In this document: piece after piece, positions 29,342 to 37,899 of the stretch
Numbering within the stretch: position 1 is the stretch's first letter
How the letters are laid out: every line of letters starts with the position of its first letter
NCBI GenBank assembly: GCA_964599405.1
Contig: CAZRED010000001.1
Coordinates: forward strand, 75,528 to 139,527
Reading direction: 5' to 3'
Length of the DNA: 64,000 nucleotides
Source of the DNA: an uncultured Candidatus Saccharibacteria bacterium
GTDB taxonomy: Bacteria > Patescibacteriota > UBA1384 > 2-12-FULL-50-11
The notes under the pieces: generated by a model
The model's database searches: none
What the model was told of the DNA's origin: nothing
Seen by the model: the letters and a program-made list of their open reading frames with translations, nothing else
Position numbers and translations under genes: made by a program

Positions 29342-29531
29342 CAAGTGCCGGTCGGTACTGGTCAATGAACTTATTTGTCCACTCGTGTAGCTCTGGGCTA
29401 ATGACAGTTTTGGCTGGTTTTTTGACGATAACCTCAACCTGGTCGCCCACGGTGACGTTCAGTTTTTTCAGCTCGCTTTTAGGAATAATTACTCCTGTTG
29501 AACTGCCGATCTTGATCAGTTTTTGAGTCAT
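29322..29531 (-). CDS. AbrB/MazE-fold antitoxin
   Basis: KLIKIGSSTGVIIPK...GDQVEV...YRPALDELAK; overlaps the Doc gene. Confidence 0.9.
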   Translation of the reverse strand: MTQKLIKIGSSTGVIIPKSELKKLNVTVGDQVEVIVKKPAKTVISPELHEWTNKFIDQYRPALDELAKK

Positions 29532-29666
29532 GTTTCGATTATAACTTTATAATAATAATCGTCAATGTGAAAAACTTCCGGCGGGTGGGGTTGAGGTGGA
29601 GGGGTTCATTTTTCGCTGTTTTTCGGTTATACTCTTCGCAACGCACTTTCAATTGGTAAAAAACAA

Positions 29667-30284
29667 ATGGACAGAAAATTCACTCAGACCGAGCTTGAAG
29701 AAGCTTTTCCGGTTTTATTCGGAGAAGTGACGAAGACATTTCACAACAACGCCCAGATCGACAACTGGCCACGCGCTCTGTGGCTGTTTTCATCTATAAT
29801 GATGTTCGCCGCATTTCTCATCTACTTGACTATAGTGCTTACGAAGCCGAATGCGGATATTTGGGATGTTGTCTTGGTTAATGGCACAGGCATTCTCACT
29901 GTATCCAGCTTCTTTTTGTTTCTGTTTGGTGACGAGGACACATCCAGTAAGCACTACCTGGAGCGGAAATACTTGCACCTGGTTGAAGACACCGAAGCAT
30001 ATGATCTTCTTCTGGAAGCGTTGAACAATCGGAAGAAAGGGGTTGTGAGGGGACTTGGTGGCAAGAAGAAAACGGAAGAATATCTGCGCAAGCTCTGGAT
30101 TACGGCGTTCGATGAGGCTAGGTTGCTGGTAGCGGAGCCAATCCTGGGTAAACCCGCAGAACAGCCGATTGCCGATCGCGTCAGGGAGCATCTCCAGCTA
30201 CACGACCAAGCACGCGAACAAGCGATAGACGAGGTTTACAACCGCTCACCGGAGGTTACCGATGACCTGCACCAACAGAACTAG
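29667..30284 (+). CDS. Hypothetical 2-TM protein
   Basis: ORF with its own promoter-like TATACT and a downstream hairpin plus T run. Confidence 0.65.
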   Translation: MDRKFTQTELEEAFPVLFGEVTKTFHNNAQIDNWPRALWLFSSIMMFAAFLIYLTIVLTKPNADIWDVVLVNGTGILTVSSFFLFLFGDEDTSSKHYLERKYLHLVEDTEAYDLLLEALNNRKKGVVRGLGGKKKTEEYLRKLWITAFDEARLLVAEPILGKPAEQPIADRVREHLQLHDQAREQAIDEVYNRSPEVTDDLHQQN

Positions 30285-30342
30285 ACCTGGACCGCACGAC
30301 CTGAAAAGGTACGGCGGTTTTTTTCTTTTGCCTGTGGAAAAG

Positions 30343-30365
30343 CCCGCCCTGAGCTTGTCGAAGGG
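30343..30365 (+). repeat. REP-like short palindromic element
   Basis: CCCGCCCTGAGCTTGTCGAAGGG interrupts the junction motif seen intact at 27545-27562. Confidence 0.65.
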
Positions 30366-30480
30366 TCAACGGCCAGCGGGTGGGTTCATTATAAAATGTT
30401 TAGAGCCGCCCCATCGGGGCGGCTCTGTTTTGCGCAGGATATTCACATAGGTTTGGATGTAAGCACGGGATCTATCGAGC

Positions 30481-31449
30481 TTAAACGGCTACCTCCTGGA
30501 AATCATGACAGGCAAAGACCTGTGTCTCGCCGTCACGGTTCAGGCAGGTGTCTTGAGCGCAATTTCGAGCGTCGCTCTCAATCGCCTCAATCATCTCGTC
30601 GGTGGCTCGCGGGTCGTGGTGCGTCAGTCCTAAGACTTTCGCTCCAATCTCGCAAGCTGTCCGAACACAGTAGTCTGGTGTGCCATGCCCATAGCCGGCT
30701 GTCTTGGTATTGTAGGTTTCGCGGTCGTACTGCGAATCCATCACCAAGAAATCGGCCTCCTTGAGGTGTGACTTCATTCGGGCAGGCATTTGGTCAAGAT
30801 TCTCGTGATCGGTTAGAAAAACGAAAACCTTACCTGTTGGTCGCTCTTCAAAACGATACGAAATCGTCCGTTCCGGGTGATTGGTGTAGTACATTCGCAC
30901 CACCAAACACTCGGAGATGTTGTAGTGGCCCCCTCTGATCTTGATTTGGCTCGGGGTCTTTCCCTGAACGCCATCAAGCTCCTCAATTGCCACTTTCTTC
31001 ATACCGCCCTCCGGGTGGAACACCAGGACAACAGCAGATGGAACTGTGATTCGGATCGGCCGAAATCGCTGCGCGATTTCGGTGAAGTTGACTGGGTGAA
31101 ACGGGGTGCGCATAACGTACTCGAAAGCCTTGCGAGGATCGTAACCCTCCTCGACCGGTCCGTAGACGTTAAAGCGCATCGATGGCGAGTAGATTGCTGG
31201 ACACAGCAGGAGCCCTTGAGTGTGATCGTGATGATAGTGAGTCATCAACAGATGTGTCTCGGTGATCTTTTCCTTAAGCAGCTGGTCTCCGAGTGGAAAC
31301 AAGCCGCTACCGGCATCAATCACGAGGGCGTTGTCCAGCGGTAGACATTGCGACTCAACCCGCAAGCAGGTGGTGTTACCACCGTACTTGAGAAAGTCTT
31401 GGCCGCTAACGGGGATTGAACCCCTGGTTCCGTAGAAGGTGATCTTCAT
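30481..31449 (-). CDS. MBL-fold metallo-hydrolase (RNase Z/PhnP-like)
   Basis: GTRGSIP, YGGNTTC, DAGSG, THYHHDHTQG, GYGHG, THHDP. Confidence 0.9.
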   Translation of the reverse strand: MKITFYGTRGSIPVSGQDFLKYGGNTTCLRVESQCLPLDNALVIDAGSGLFPLGDQLLKEKITETHLLMTHYHHDHTQGLLLCPAIYSPSMRFNVYGPVEEGYDPRKAFEYVMRTPFHPVNFTEIAQRFRPIRITVPSAVVLVFHPEGGMKKVAIEELDGVQGKTPSQIKIRGGHYNISECLVVRMYYTNHPERTISYRFEERPTGKVFVFLTDHENLDQMPARMKSHLKEADFLVMDSQYDRETYNTKTAGYGHGTPDYCVRTACEIGAKVLGLTHHDPRATDEMIEAIESDARNCAQDTCLNRDGETQVFACHDFQEVAV

Positions 31450-31629
31450 GGTTTTCTCCGTCGCGTCTTACAGCAACCAAAGAGCCATGTGAAGGTGCGC
31501 AATTCGCCGCAAGTATATACCTTAAAAACAGGAATAACTATGAAAACTTACAAAAATAACGACGGGTGGGGTTGAAGTATAGAAAAAGCGGCGGGGAAAA
31601 CCCGCCGCAATTCGAATGCTGCCTGCAGT

Positions 31630-32016
31630 TCAGTCCAGAAGCCTGAACTCGACGTCAAAGTCGTGCCGAACACTCCCCACGAACCCGACCAGCTTGAGTT
31701 TCCCGTCTGCATCCAGCCGTATGCGCATGGATGTTAGCTTGTCGTCAAACTCCTTTCCCACTGACATGAGCGGTTCGGTAACAGGTGTGATGGTGACGAA
31801 GTGGGGCCTGTCCTCATCAGGAGGATTGGCGGAAACAGACGCGATCGTTCCATAGAGCTCACACGGCAGATGGGTTCTTGGCTTTCCGTATCTGTTGTAT
31901 ATCTCCATGTGGAACTTTTTGCCGATTAGATCCTCAGGCATCAGACCGTCAAACTTGTCAGAAACAAGCTTTCTAGTCAGAGCCACCGATCCTTTATCAG
32001 AAAGTACGCTGAGCAT
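31630..32016 (-). CDS. Hypothetical protein
   Basis: ATG 32016 is 7 nt after TTGACT-17-TATATT; terminator at 31577-31608. Confidence 0.65.
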   Translation of the reverse strand: MLSVLSDKGSVALTRKLVSDKFDGLMPEDLIGKKFHMEIYNRYGKPRTHLPCELYGTIASVSANPPDEDRPHFVTITPVTEPLMSVGKEFDDKLTSMRIRLDADGKLKLVGFVGSVRHDFDVEFRLLD

Positions 32017-32097
32017 ACTGCGAAATATATTACTTTTCTCGAGAAAAGTCAAGGGTTAGAACCGCAATTTTGCCTGTGGAAAAGTCGTTGTCTAACC

Positions 32098-32126
32098 TTG
32101 ACTTTTTCTTGGTTTACAGGTATAAT
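32098..32126 (+). promoter_or_regulatory. Near-consensus sigma70 promoter
   Basis: TTGACT-17 nt-TATAAT. Confidence 0.8.
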
Positions 32127-32141
32127 TCTCTCGTCACTTAG

Positions 32142-32375
32142 GTGGCTGGAGGAAGTGTGAGAACCCTAACAATCATCGCGTCGCACGACGAACAAACCGA
32201 GTACTTGCACAACGTCTTAAAAGAAGGCGGCTGCAATACCTTTCCGGAATACGAGGGTGAATGTCCAAGCTGCAAAAACATCCTCAGATCCAACCTTACT
32301 GAAGTTAACTGCCCTGGTTTTGGTTGCGATGGTCTTGAGCCAGTCAGACTGGAACACAAACACAGATTCGGCTAG
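32142..32375 (+). CDS. Small zinc-ribbon protein (start may be GTG 32157)
   Basis: CPSC...CPGFGC; promoter upstream; terminator GGGCGCGGC-GAAA-GCCGCGCCC at 32391-32412. Confidence 0.65.
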   Translation: MAGGSVRTLTIIASHDEQTEYLHNVLKEGGCNTFPEYEGECPSCKNILRSNLTEVNCPGFGCDGLEPVRLEHKHRFG

Positions 32376-32525
32376 AGCAACTTCTTGAACGGGCGCGGCG
32401 AAAGCCGCGCCCTTCTCTTTTTCTGTAAAAAAGCCAATCTCACAGATATACGTTAAAACATATACGAGGGGTTAGAAGATAAAGTAAAAACCGTGAATGA
32501 CCCATACGCCCGGGTTGTTCGTCTT

Positions 32526-33305
32526 TTATGGTCGGAGAGTCCCGGCAAAGACCTGCCAGGCCAGTAAGCTCTTGGCGACAAGTGAAAGAATAATATACGC
32601 CCGTTCGCCGTAGAGATAATCCGCCCATTTACCGATCTTTTTGTACTGGAGGGTCATATTGATAGCAAAACAGTTGAAGAAAACGAAGATCGAAACGTAA
32701 ATCCAGTAAACAAACGTTGGGATATCGCCGGAGCCGTAGCGACTAGCCGCCCAAAACCAAATTGCCACCACCAACCACGGGATTACCCCGGCAAACGTCC
32801 CCAACTTAAAGGCCAACCAATTGGGTTTTTGGCCGCTCTCTAATGTGCCTTGGTTGTATATTTCCATTGCCAGGCCAGTGAGATTCATGATTGCCACTAA
32901 GGCAAAAATCATCAGCAAACTCGTCAGGTCATAGATCCCCACCAACATAGCAATGGCCACCATCATGACTGAAGCCGAGACGCTGTACTCCCACCACCGG
33001 GCCTTATTGACGCCCCTAAGCAGGTTGGCGTTGTAACTGCGATTGTAAACAGTGGCAATAATCAGGTGGGCCAGGGCGGAGATTGCCAGAAATCCCGCTA
33101 CCAGCCAGACCAGAGGCATATTAAACAGTGTCTCACTAGCTGGGATCAGCGATTGGCTAGCGATATCAAAGCGCAAGAAACCGACATTAACCGGCAAGGA
33201 AAAATCAGCGCTCAAATATACAATCGCCGCCGCCTGCAGTGCATGCAGCAGTGCCATAACCAAATTGAACTTACGTAGCTTTGCTAATCTAACGTCTTGC
33301 TCCAT
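32526..33305 (-). CDS. Heliorhodopsin
   Basis: LHALQA, RWWEYSVSASVM, FNCFAIN, YLYGERAYIILSLVAKSLLAWQ (retinal-binding Lys); 7 TM helices; GGAGGAGG SD. Confidence 0.95.
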   Translation of the reverse strand: MEQDVRLAKLRKFNLVMALLHALQAAAIVYLSADFSLPVNVGFLRFDIASQSLIPASETLFNMPLVWLVAGFLAISALAHLIIATVYNRSYNANLLRGVNKARWWEYSVSASVMMVAIAMLVGIYDLTSLLMIFALVAIMNLTGLAMEIYNQGTLESGQKPNWLAFKLGTFAGVIPWLVVAIWFWAASRYGSGDIPTFVYWIYVSIFVFFNCFAINMTLQYKKIGKWADYLYGERAYIILSLVAKSLLAWQVFAGTLRP

Positions 33306-33491
33306 CGCCCCTCCTCCATTTATTTAACGATACCGCAATCCGCCAACGCAACAAGCAATATCAAACCAAACGCTAGGCAGGGAGTGGAATTTCTCTTTAG
33401 TTAGTTGGTTAGTTCGGGTTTTTCTTCTATGTGTTTGTCAGTAGTCATTATGGTGTTCTAGCAGTATTAGCGAAGCGTCAGAGTTAGAAAG

Positions 33492-33989
33492 TTAGTTATA
33501 TATTTATAAAGAACTCCCCTTTTTCCATTTCCATACCTTAAAGATAGTCATATTTTGGTGCAACTGCTGCACCAGTTCAAAGCCGGGGTTACAAAGCTTA
33601 GTTATATATTTATAGAGACTCCACTTTGGCGATTGTACTTACCTGTTAGAGCGATCTTTTTTGTCTCAGCTGCTGAGACGTTTTGTTAGATGAAACTAAT
33701 GAGTACTAAGTGGTGTAGATATGTATAGAAAGTGTAGTGATTTTTATTGATGAAGCTGTGAATGTCTTGGAAGTGGTATCAGGCCGGATGTTTCTTAGTA
33801 TATATATTAATAAAGACTCTACTTTTTCTTTCAGTTAACCAGGAAATTGAACGAATTTAGGAGCAACAGCTGCTCTTTTTGGGTAGCGAAGCCGAACATT
33901 AGCAGGGGGTCAGTAATATATATAAAGAGTAGTGAATTTTGTTTACTAAACCTGCAAAGATCGGCTTTTCGGTATCAGGCCTGATACCG
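33492..33989. repeat. Array of five degenerate ~80-bp units ending in palindromes
   Basis: Units start at about 33492, 33598, 33713, 33795 and 33908; AT-rich head, central ACC, terminal inverted repeat at constant spacing. Confidence 0.8.
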
Positions 33990-34003
33990 GTGTCTCCAGG
34001 TAA

Positions 34004-34093
34004 TTAATTGGCGTGCAGTGACGGTATACTTACGAAATAAATCGCTACTCCAACCGCCGCCAGAATTATCGCTACCCACCAAACTGGATTCAT
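34004..34093 (-). CDS. Putative 29-aa single-TM peptide
   Basis: MNPVWWVAIILAAVGVAIYFVSIPSLHAN; TG-C-TAAACT extended -10 lies 6 nt before ATG. Confidence 0.55.
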   Translation of the reverse strand: MNPVWWVAIILAAVGVAIYFVSIPSLHAN

Positions 34094-34153
34094 GGTTTTA
34101 GTTTAGCAAAAACGGTAGTACCCAACGAATAATCGCTTGTATAGTGGAAGAGT

Positions 34154-35845
34154 CTACGTAGTATCAGTAAAACATACGTTGTAGATCTCGTCGCCCAAAT
34201 CTTTCCAATGACTAGATTTATAATTGAAGGTTTCCGTGGAGAAATCTATTTTTCCAGAAAGTTTACTAAAGCCCTTATCATAGTAAGCGAAGCCATTCAC
34301 CTTATTATTCTCGATCAATATACGCATACAATGAATCAAGCCAGTAATCGTAGTCACGGTCAGCGCTCGGCTAACCTTCTGCTTAGTGGTCCACATATCG
34401 TTCGGTATTTGGTTCTTGAATGCTTTAAGAAACTCATTTATTTCTTTAGTGCAAAATTCTACGTATTCATTTAATAGGGCAGTATCTTTACCGTCTCTAA
34501 GCTCACTCTTTTTCCCTTCACTCCAAACATTAAAAAGCGTGTCCTTCCCTGAAAGCTTAACTACGTGCCTTACTCCGTAGGAAACTATAGATGTTGTTTT
34601 TAGCTTACCCTTGTCGAAAAAGTGTCTTTCGAGAACTTTATCCATTGGGTCAAGCTCAGCAAGTTTATTCATTACCTTCTTGGCTATAGATACCTCGTCG
34701 AACGGATTTACTATTGTATTAATTACTTGACGGAGAGACCCACTGGTTCTTGTCTGTCTATCATTAATTTCTAAAAATAGCTTCGCTTCAAACCTTCCTC
34801 GGTCTTCGAGAGATAGGTCGCTAGGGAAGACAATACCCGTAATCAAAAGGTGCTGCTTATCTCTTAAACTACTAATGTGCGTGTCATGTGCATCATCACC
34901 TTCATGGTATGAAAATACCCTATGTTGTCCGTCGATAATCCCAATGTTCCCGGCAACCTTTGGGATCCTAATTTTTATAGGATCCTTCATTACCCCTGTA
35001 CTTATTGGGAGATTTATCCGGTCGTTACTTTCATACTCAAGAAGTTGTAAGTCATTAGGTAAAGAGACGATGATATTATTTACGAATACCCGACCCTCAC
35101 TAGCAAGGTACTTACGCATATTACGTATTTTGTTACCGAGGATAATTCTTTGATAAACAAAGTCACTATCTTGCCAACCATCCCTTCTCAGTACATAAGC
35201 TTGCTTTAATAAGGTGTTTGGGTCAATTAGAAAAGATACCAGGTTATGCCCACTTGGAAAGCCACTCGGAGTTTCTGGAAGAATAAGGCCAACATAATCA
35301 TCCCCCGGAGAGCCGCTATTCTGTGGCCCTATCTCCTCAAATCCAACCCCGATAAATTTAAATAGTTCGAATCTTGCAGATCTTTTAATCGTTTTTGAGA
35401 GGCTTAAGAAATAACTACGTGACTTGTAATCCATAAAATGAAGGTGCTGATAACGATCTCTAAGTGACTGAGTTACCTCTTCGTGCGAAACATATAAGAA
35501 TGCTAACTTAATATCATGACTAGCGTAGCCCGCGGTAGAATTTTTCCCGTAATTTGGGATTTTGCTCTTAAAAAGCTCAATTAAGTCATTTTGGTTGTTC
35601 TTGCAGTTAGTAAAGAACTCAGCTTTCTTCCGAAGGTGATCAGTATCACTTGTTGTAGTATCCTCTACGATAAGAATAAGGTTCTCGAAAACAAAAACAT
35701 TATCTAGATCGCTTTCTTGTCCACATAGATTAATTTTAAAGTCTTCGGCGACTGCCATAAATCCCATATTGCTAAAGGTAGTGCGTACGTCCCTTCTAAT
35801 TTTTCTCTTAAGGCCTAATCTTTCACTGTCTGATAGGTTAGGCAT
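34154..35845 (-). CDS. DGQHR-domain (DndB/ParB-like) protein with an N-terminal PD-(D/E)xK-like region
   Basis: YQR, FVNNII, IIDGQHR, LFLEINDRQ; DLDNVFVFENLILIVEDT; ATG 35845 abuts the upstream stop. Confidence 0.88.
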   Translation of the reverse strand: MPNLSDSERLGLKRKIRRDVRTTFSNMGFMAVAEDFKINLCGQESDLDNVFVFENLILIVEDTTTSDTDHLRKKAEFFTNCKNNQNDLIELFKSKIPNYGKNSTAGYASHDIKLAFLYVSHEEVTQSLRDRYQHLHFMDYKSRSYFLSLSKTIKRSARFELFKFIGVGFEEIGPQNSGSPGDDYVGLILPETPSGFPSGHNLVSFLIDPNTLLKQAYVLRRDGWQDSDFVYQRIILGNKIRNMRKYLASEGRVFVNNIIVSLPNDLQLLEYESNDRINLPISTGVMKDPIKIRIPKVAGNIGIIDGQHRVFSYHEGDDAHDTHISSLRDKQHLLITGIVFPSDLSLEDRGRFEAKLFLEINDRQTRTSGSLRQVINTIVNPFDEVSIAKKVMNKLAELDPMDKVLERHFFDKGKLKTTSIVSYGVRHVVKLSGKDTLFNVWSEGKKSELRDGKDTALLNEYVEFCTKEINEFLKAFKNQIPNDMWTTKQKVSRALTVTTITGLIHCMRILIENNKVNGFAYYDKGFSKLSGKIDFSTETFNYKSSHWKDLGDEIYNVCFTDTT

Positions 35846-35846
35846 A

Positions 35847-36770
35847 TTATTTATTGTCTTGATGCATAATTCTCTTATACCCAAACTTCAAATATTTTTT
35901 ATTAAGCTCTGCCCCCACTGAGTTTCTGCCCTGCTTTTCGGCAGCGACAGAGGTAGTAAACGTACCAGCGAAGGGGTCGAAAATCGTATCTCCCTTATTG
36001 CTACTCACTTTTATAAAGAGCTCTAGCAAATTCAGTGGCAGTTGGCATGGATGGTCTTTCTCCTTCAGCTCGCCCGGCTCCATGGACCGAAACTTATTTC
36101 CAAGGTTCCGAACTCGATCCTTGGAATTATTCTTCATCATGTGCATATCTATAGTATCGATTAGGCCATCTTGTAGCTCTATCAGATCAAGGAACCTTAA
36201 TAAGTCGTATGAGGTTCTGCCCTTAGATCCTTCTGCGATACGTTTCCGTACTACTGGCGCGGTTGGATTTTTATAGTGCTGTACTAAATTTTCTCTATTG
36301 AAGACATAGCCCTTCGTTGACTTAGTAAAAAATAAAACAGACCTCTGGCTTCGCGTATAATTATTTTTTGAATGCCCAATATTTGTGGGGTAGTGCCATG
36401 TAATCCATCTCCGGTAATTAAGACCTAGCTCATCTTGAAGATAGGGCAGAAGGCGGGCATTAATCTCGGGGTAACTAATTAGGTAGAAGCTCCCCTTGTC
36501 ACTTAAGATTCTTGGGATATCGCGCAATTTGGCTTCTAGCCAGGCATAATACTCCTTCCAGGACTTGGAGTCGTCAAAGCTACCATAGTCGAGCCCCATA
36601 TTGTAGGGAGGATCCGTAATAATGAGGTCTATACTTTTACTAGGGATCTGACTGATTATCTGTTCGCAATCACCTAGCACGAGGATGTGTCCTGTTTTTT
36701 CTTTCTCAATAAAGTCAAAGGCAAAGCCTTGCTTGCTTATAGGTTTGAGGATAGATTTTATATTCCTCAT
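35847..36770 (-). CDS. Beta-class N4-C/N6-A DNA methyltransferase
   Basis: IITDPPYN precedes HPCQLP and FDPFAGTFTT. Confidence 0.92.
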   Translation of the reverse strand: MRNIKSILKPISKQGFAFDFIEKEKTGHILVLGDCEQIISQIPSKSIDLIITDPPYNMGLDYGSFDDSKSWKEYYAWLEAKLRDIPRILSDKGSFYLISYPEINARLLPYLQDELGLNYRRWITWHYPTNIGHSKNNYTRSQRSVLFFTKSTKGYVFNRENLVQHYKNPTAPVVRKRIAEGSKGRTSYDLLRFLDLIELQDGLIDTIDMHMMKNNSKDRVRNLGNKFRSMEPGELKEKDHPCQLPLNLLELFIKVSSNKGDTIFDPFAGTFTTSVAAEKQGRNSVGAELNKKYLKFGYKRIMHQDNK

Positions 36771-36807
36771 AAGCCTATTCTATACAAATATTCTCGAAAA
36801 GAAGTGA

Positions 36808-37899
36808 CTATTTTTTGCCTTTGCGGCGGTTATCGTCGCGGCAGAGCATTTGGCAGTTATCGGCATTAGTTTTTCCGCCCTCAACCCACGGCGTAATGTG
36901 GTCGGCTTCCATTTCTTCAATCTCAAAATGTTTACCACAATCCGGACAAACACCTTTCTGTCGTTCAAAGGCCTCGCGTTTCATGTTATCGGTAAACGCC
37001 CGAATATTTAGACACTTTTCTTCACGGGTTAGAACATATTCATAGATACCGGACTTTTTTGTTACGTCTTCGTCCATCATCAACTGTGTAACTTCCGCTT
37101 CCAGCTTGTCGGTATCGAACTTATCGTCCTTAAATTGATTGTAAAATCTGCCCCAATCCAAACCTTTCATTTCTTTTCGATACTTCGGAAAAGTCAGACG
37201 TGTCCAGCTTATAACATTTTGGAAGTACGACCAAAGCTCATTGGCATTTTGGTCGTGTTGGTGCTTGGCCATGTAGTCTTCTATTTTTCCGTCGTTAATC
37301 CAAGCTAGCGTAGTTTCCAGTATCTCTTGCCGAATTGGCGAACCGTTCACTAGCTGCCCGCCATCGCTAGCTAGCAAATAAGCTGCACAGTTAGATTTGC
37401 TGAATTTCAGTTTGGCGTCACTTAGCCATGGTCCAGTATAAATCGCATTGCGGAGCTCTTGGTCGGTTAATTTTTCGCCAGCGATGTTAATGATTCTGAA
37501 CCAATCCAGTCTTTCTTTGTCGGTGCCTTCGCACCAGTAAATCATCAGCTCATAGTCCTGAATTTGCTTCTGTTCCTCATCAGTTAGGTTGTGGAAAAAG
37601 CGATCTTTGAGCGAAAAATCACCGTTGACATATTGCCCAATACTTATTGTTCGTTGCTGGCCGTCCATAACTTCAAAGTTCCCTTGGTCGGTTTTGACCC
37701 AATACATTACGTTCAGCGGAAAACCATTTTTAATCGTTTCTATTACTGCGTCGCGCTGCTTGTCTTTATAAACAAATTCACGTTGGTATCTTGGGCGGAT
37801 GTCGAGTTTACCACCGTAAGCTATGACGCCTTCCTCGGCGCTGTCTTTGTAGCCGACGATCACTTCTCGAACAGGAATTCGTTGTAGTTCAATTTTCAT
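36808..37899 (-). CDS. DUF262 (GmrS-like) plus HNH endonuclease
   Basis: YQREFVY, MDGQQRT, ELRNA, CPDC...ADHITPW...GGKT...NCQMLC. Confidence 0.92.
   Translation of the reverse strand: MKIELQRIPVREVIVGYKDSAEEGVIAYGGKLDIRPRYQREFVYKDKQRDAVIETIKNGFPLNVMYWVKTDQGNFEVMDGQQRTISIGQYVNGDFSLKDRFFHNLTDEEQKQIQDYELMIYWCEGTDKERLDWFRIINIAGEKLTDQELRNAIYTGPWLSDAKLKFSKSNCAAYLLASDGGQLVNGSPIRQEILETTLAWINDGKIEDYMAKHQHDQNANELWSYFQNVISWTRLTFPKYRKEMKGLDWGRFYNQFKDDKFDTDKLEAEVTQLMMDEDVTKKSGIYEYVLTREEKCLNIRAFTDNMKREAFERQKGVCPDCGKHFEIEEMEADHITPWVEGGKTNADNCQMLCRDDNRRKGKK

Noticed and set aside
24100-33300. Classical integron or prophage
   Set aside because: No IntI, no recognisable attC hairpins and no phage structural or replication genes.
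33492-33989. CRISPR array or dif/Xer sites
   Set aside because: The repeats are not identical, the palindromes differ, there are no cas genes, and the AT-rich heads lack a TTATGTTAAAT-like XerD arm.
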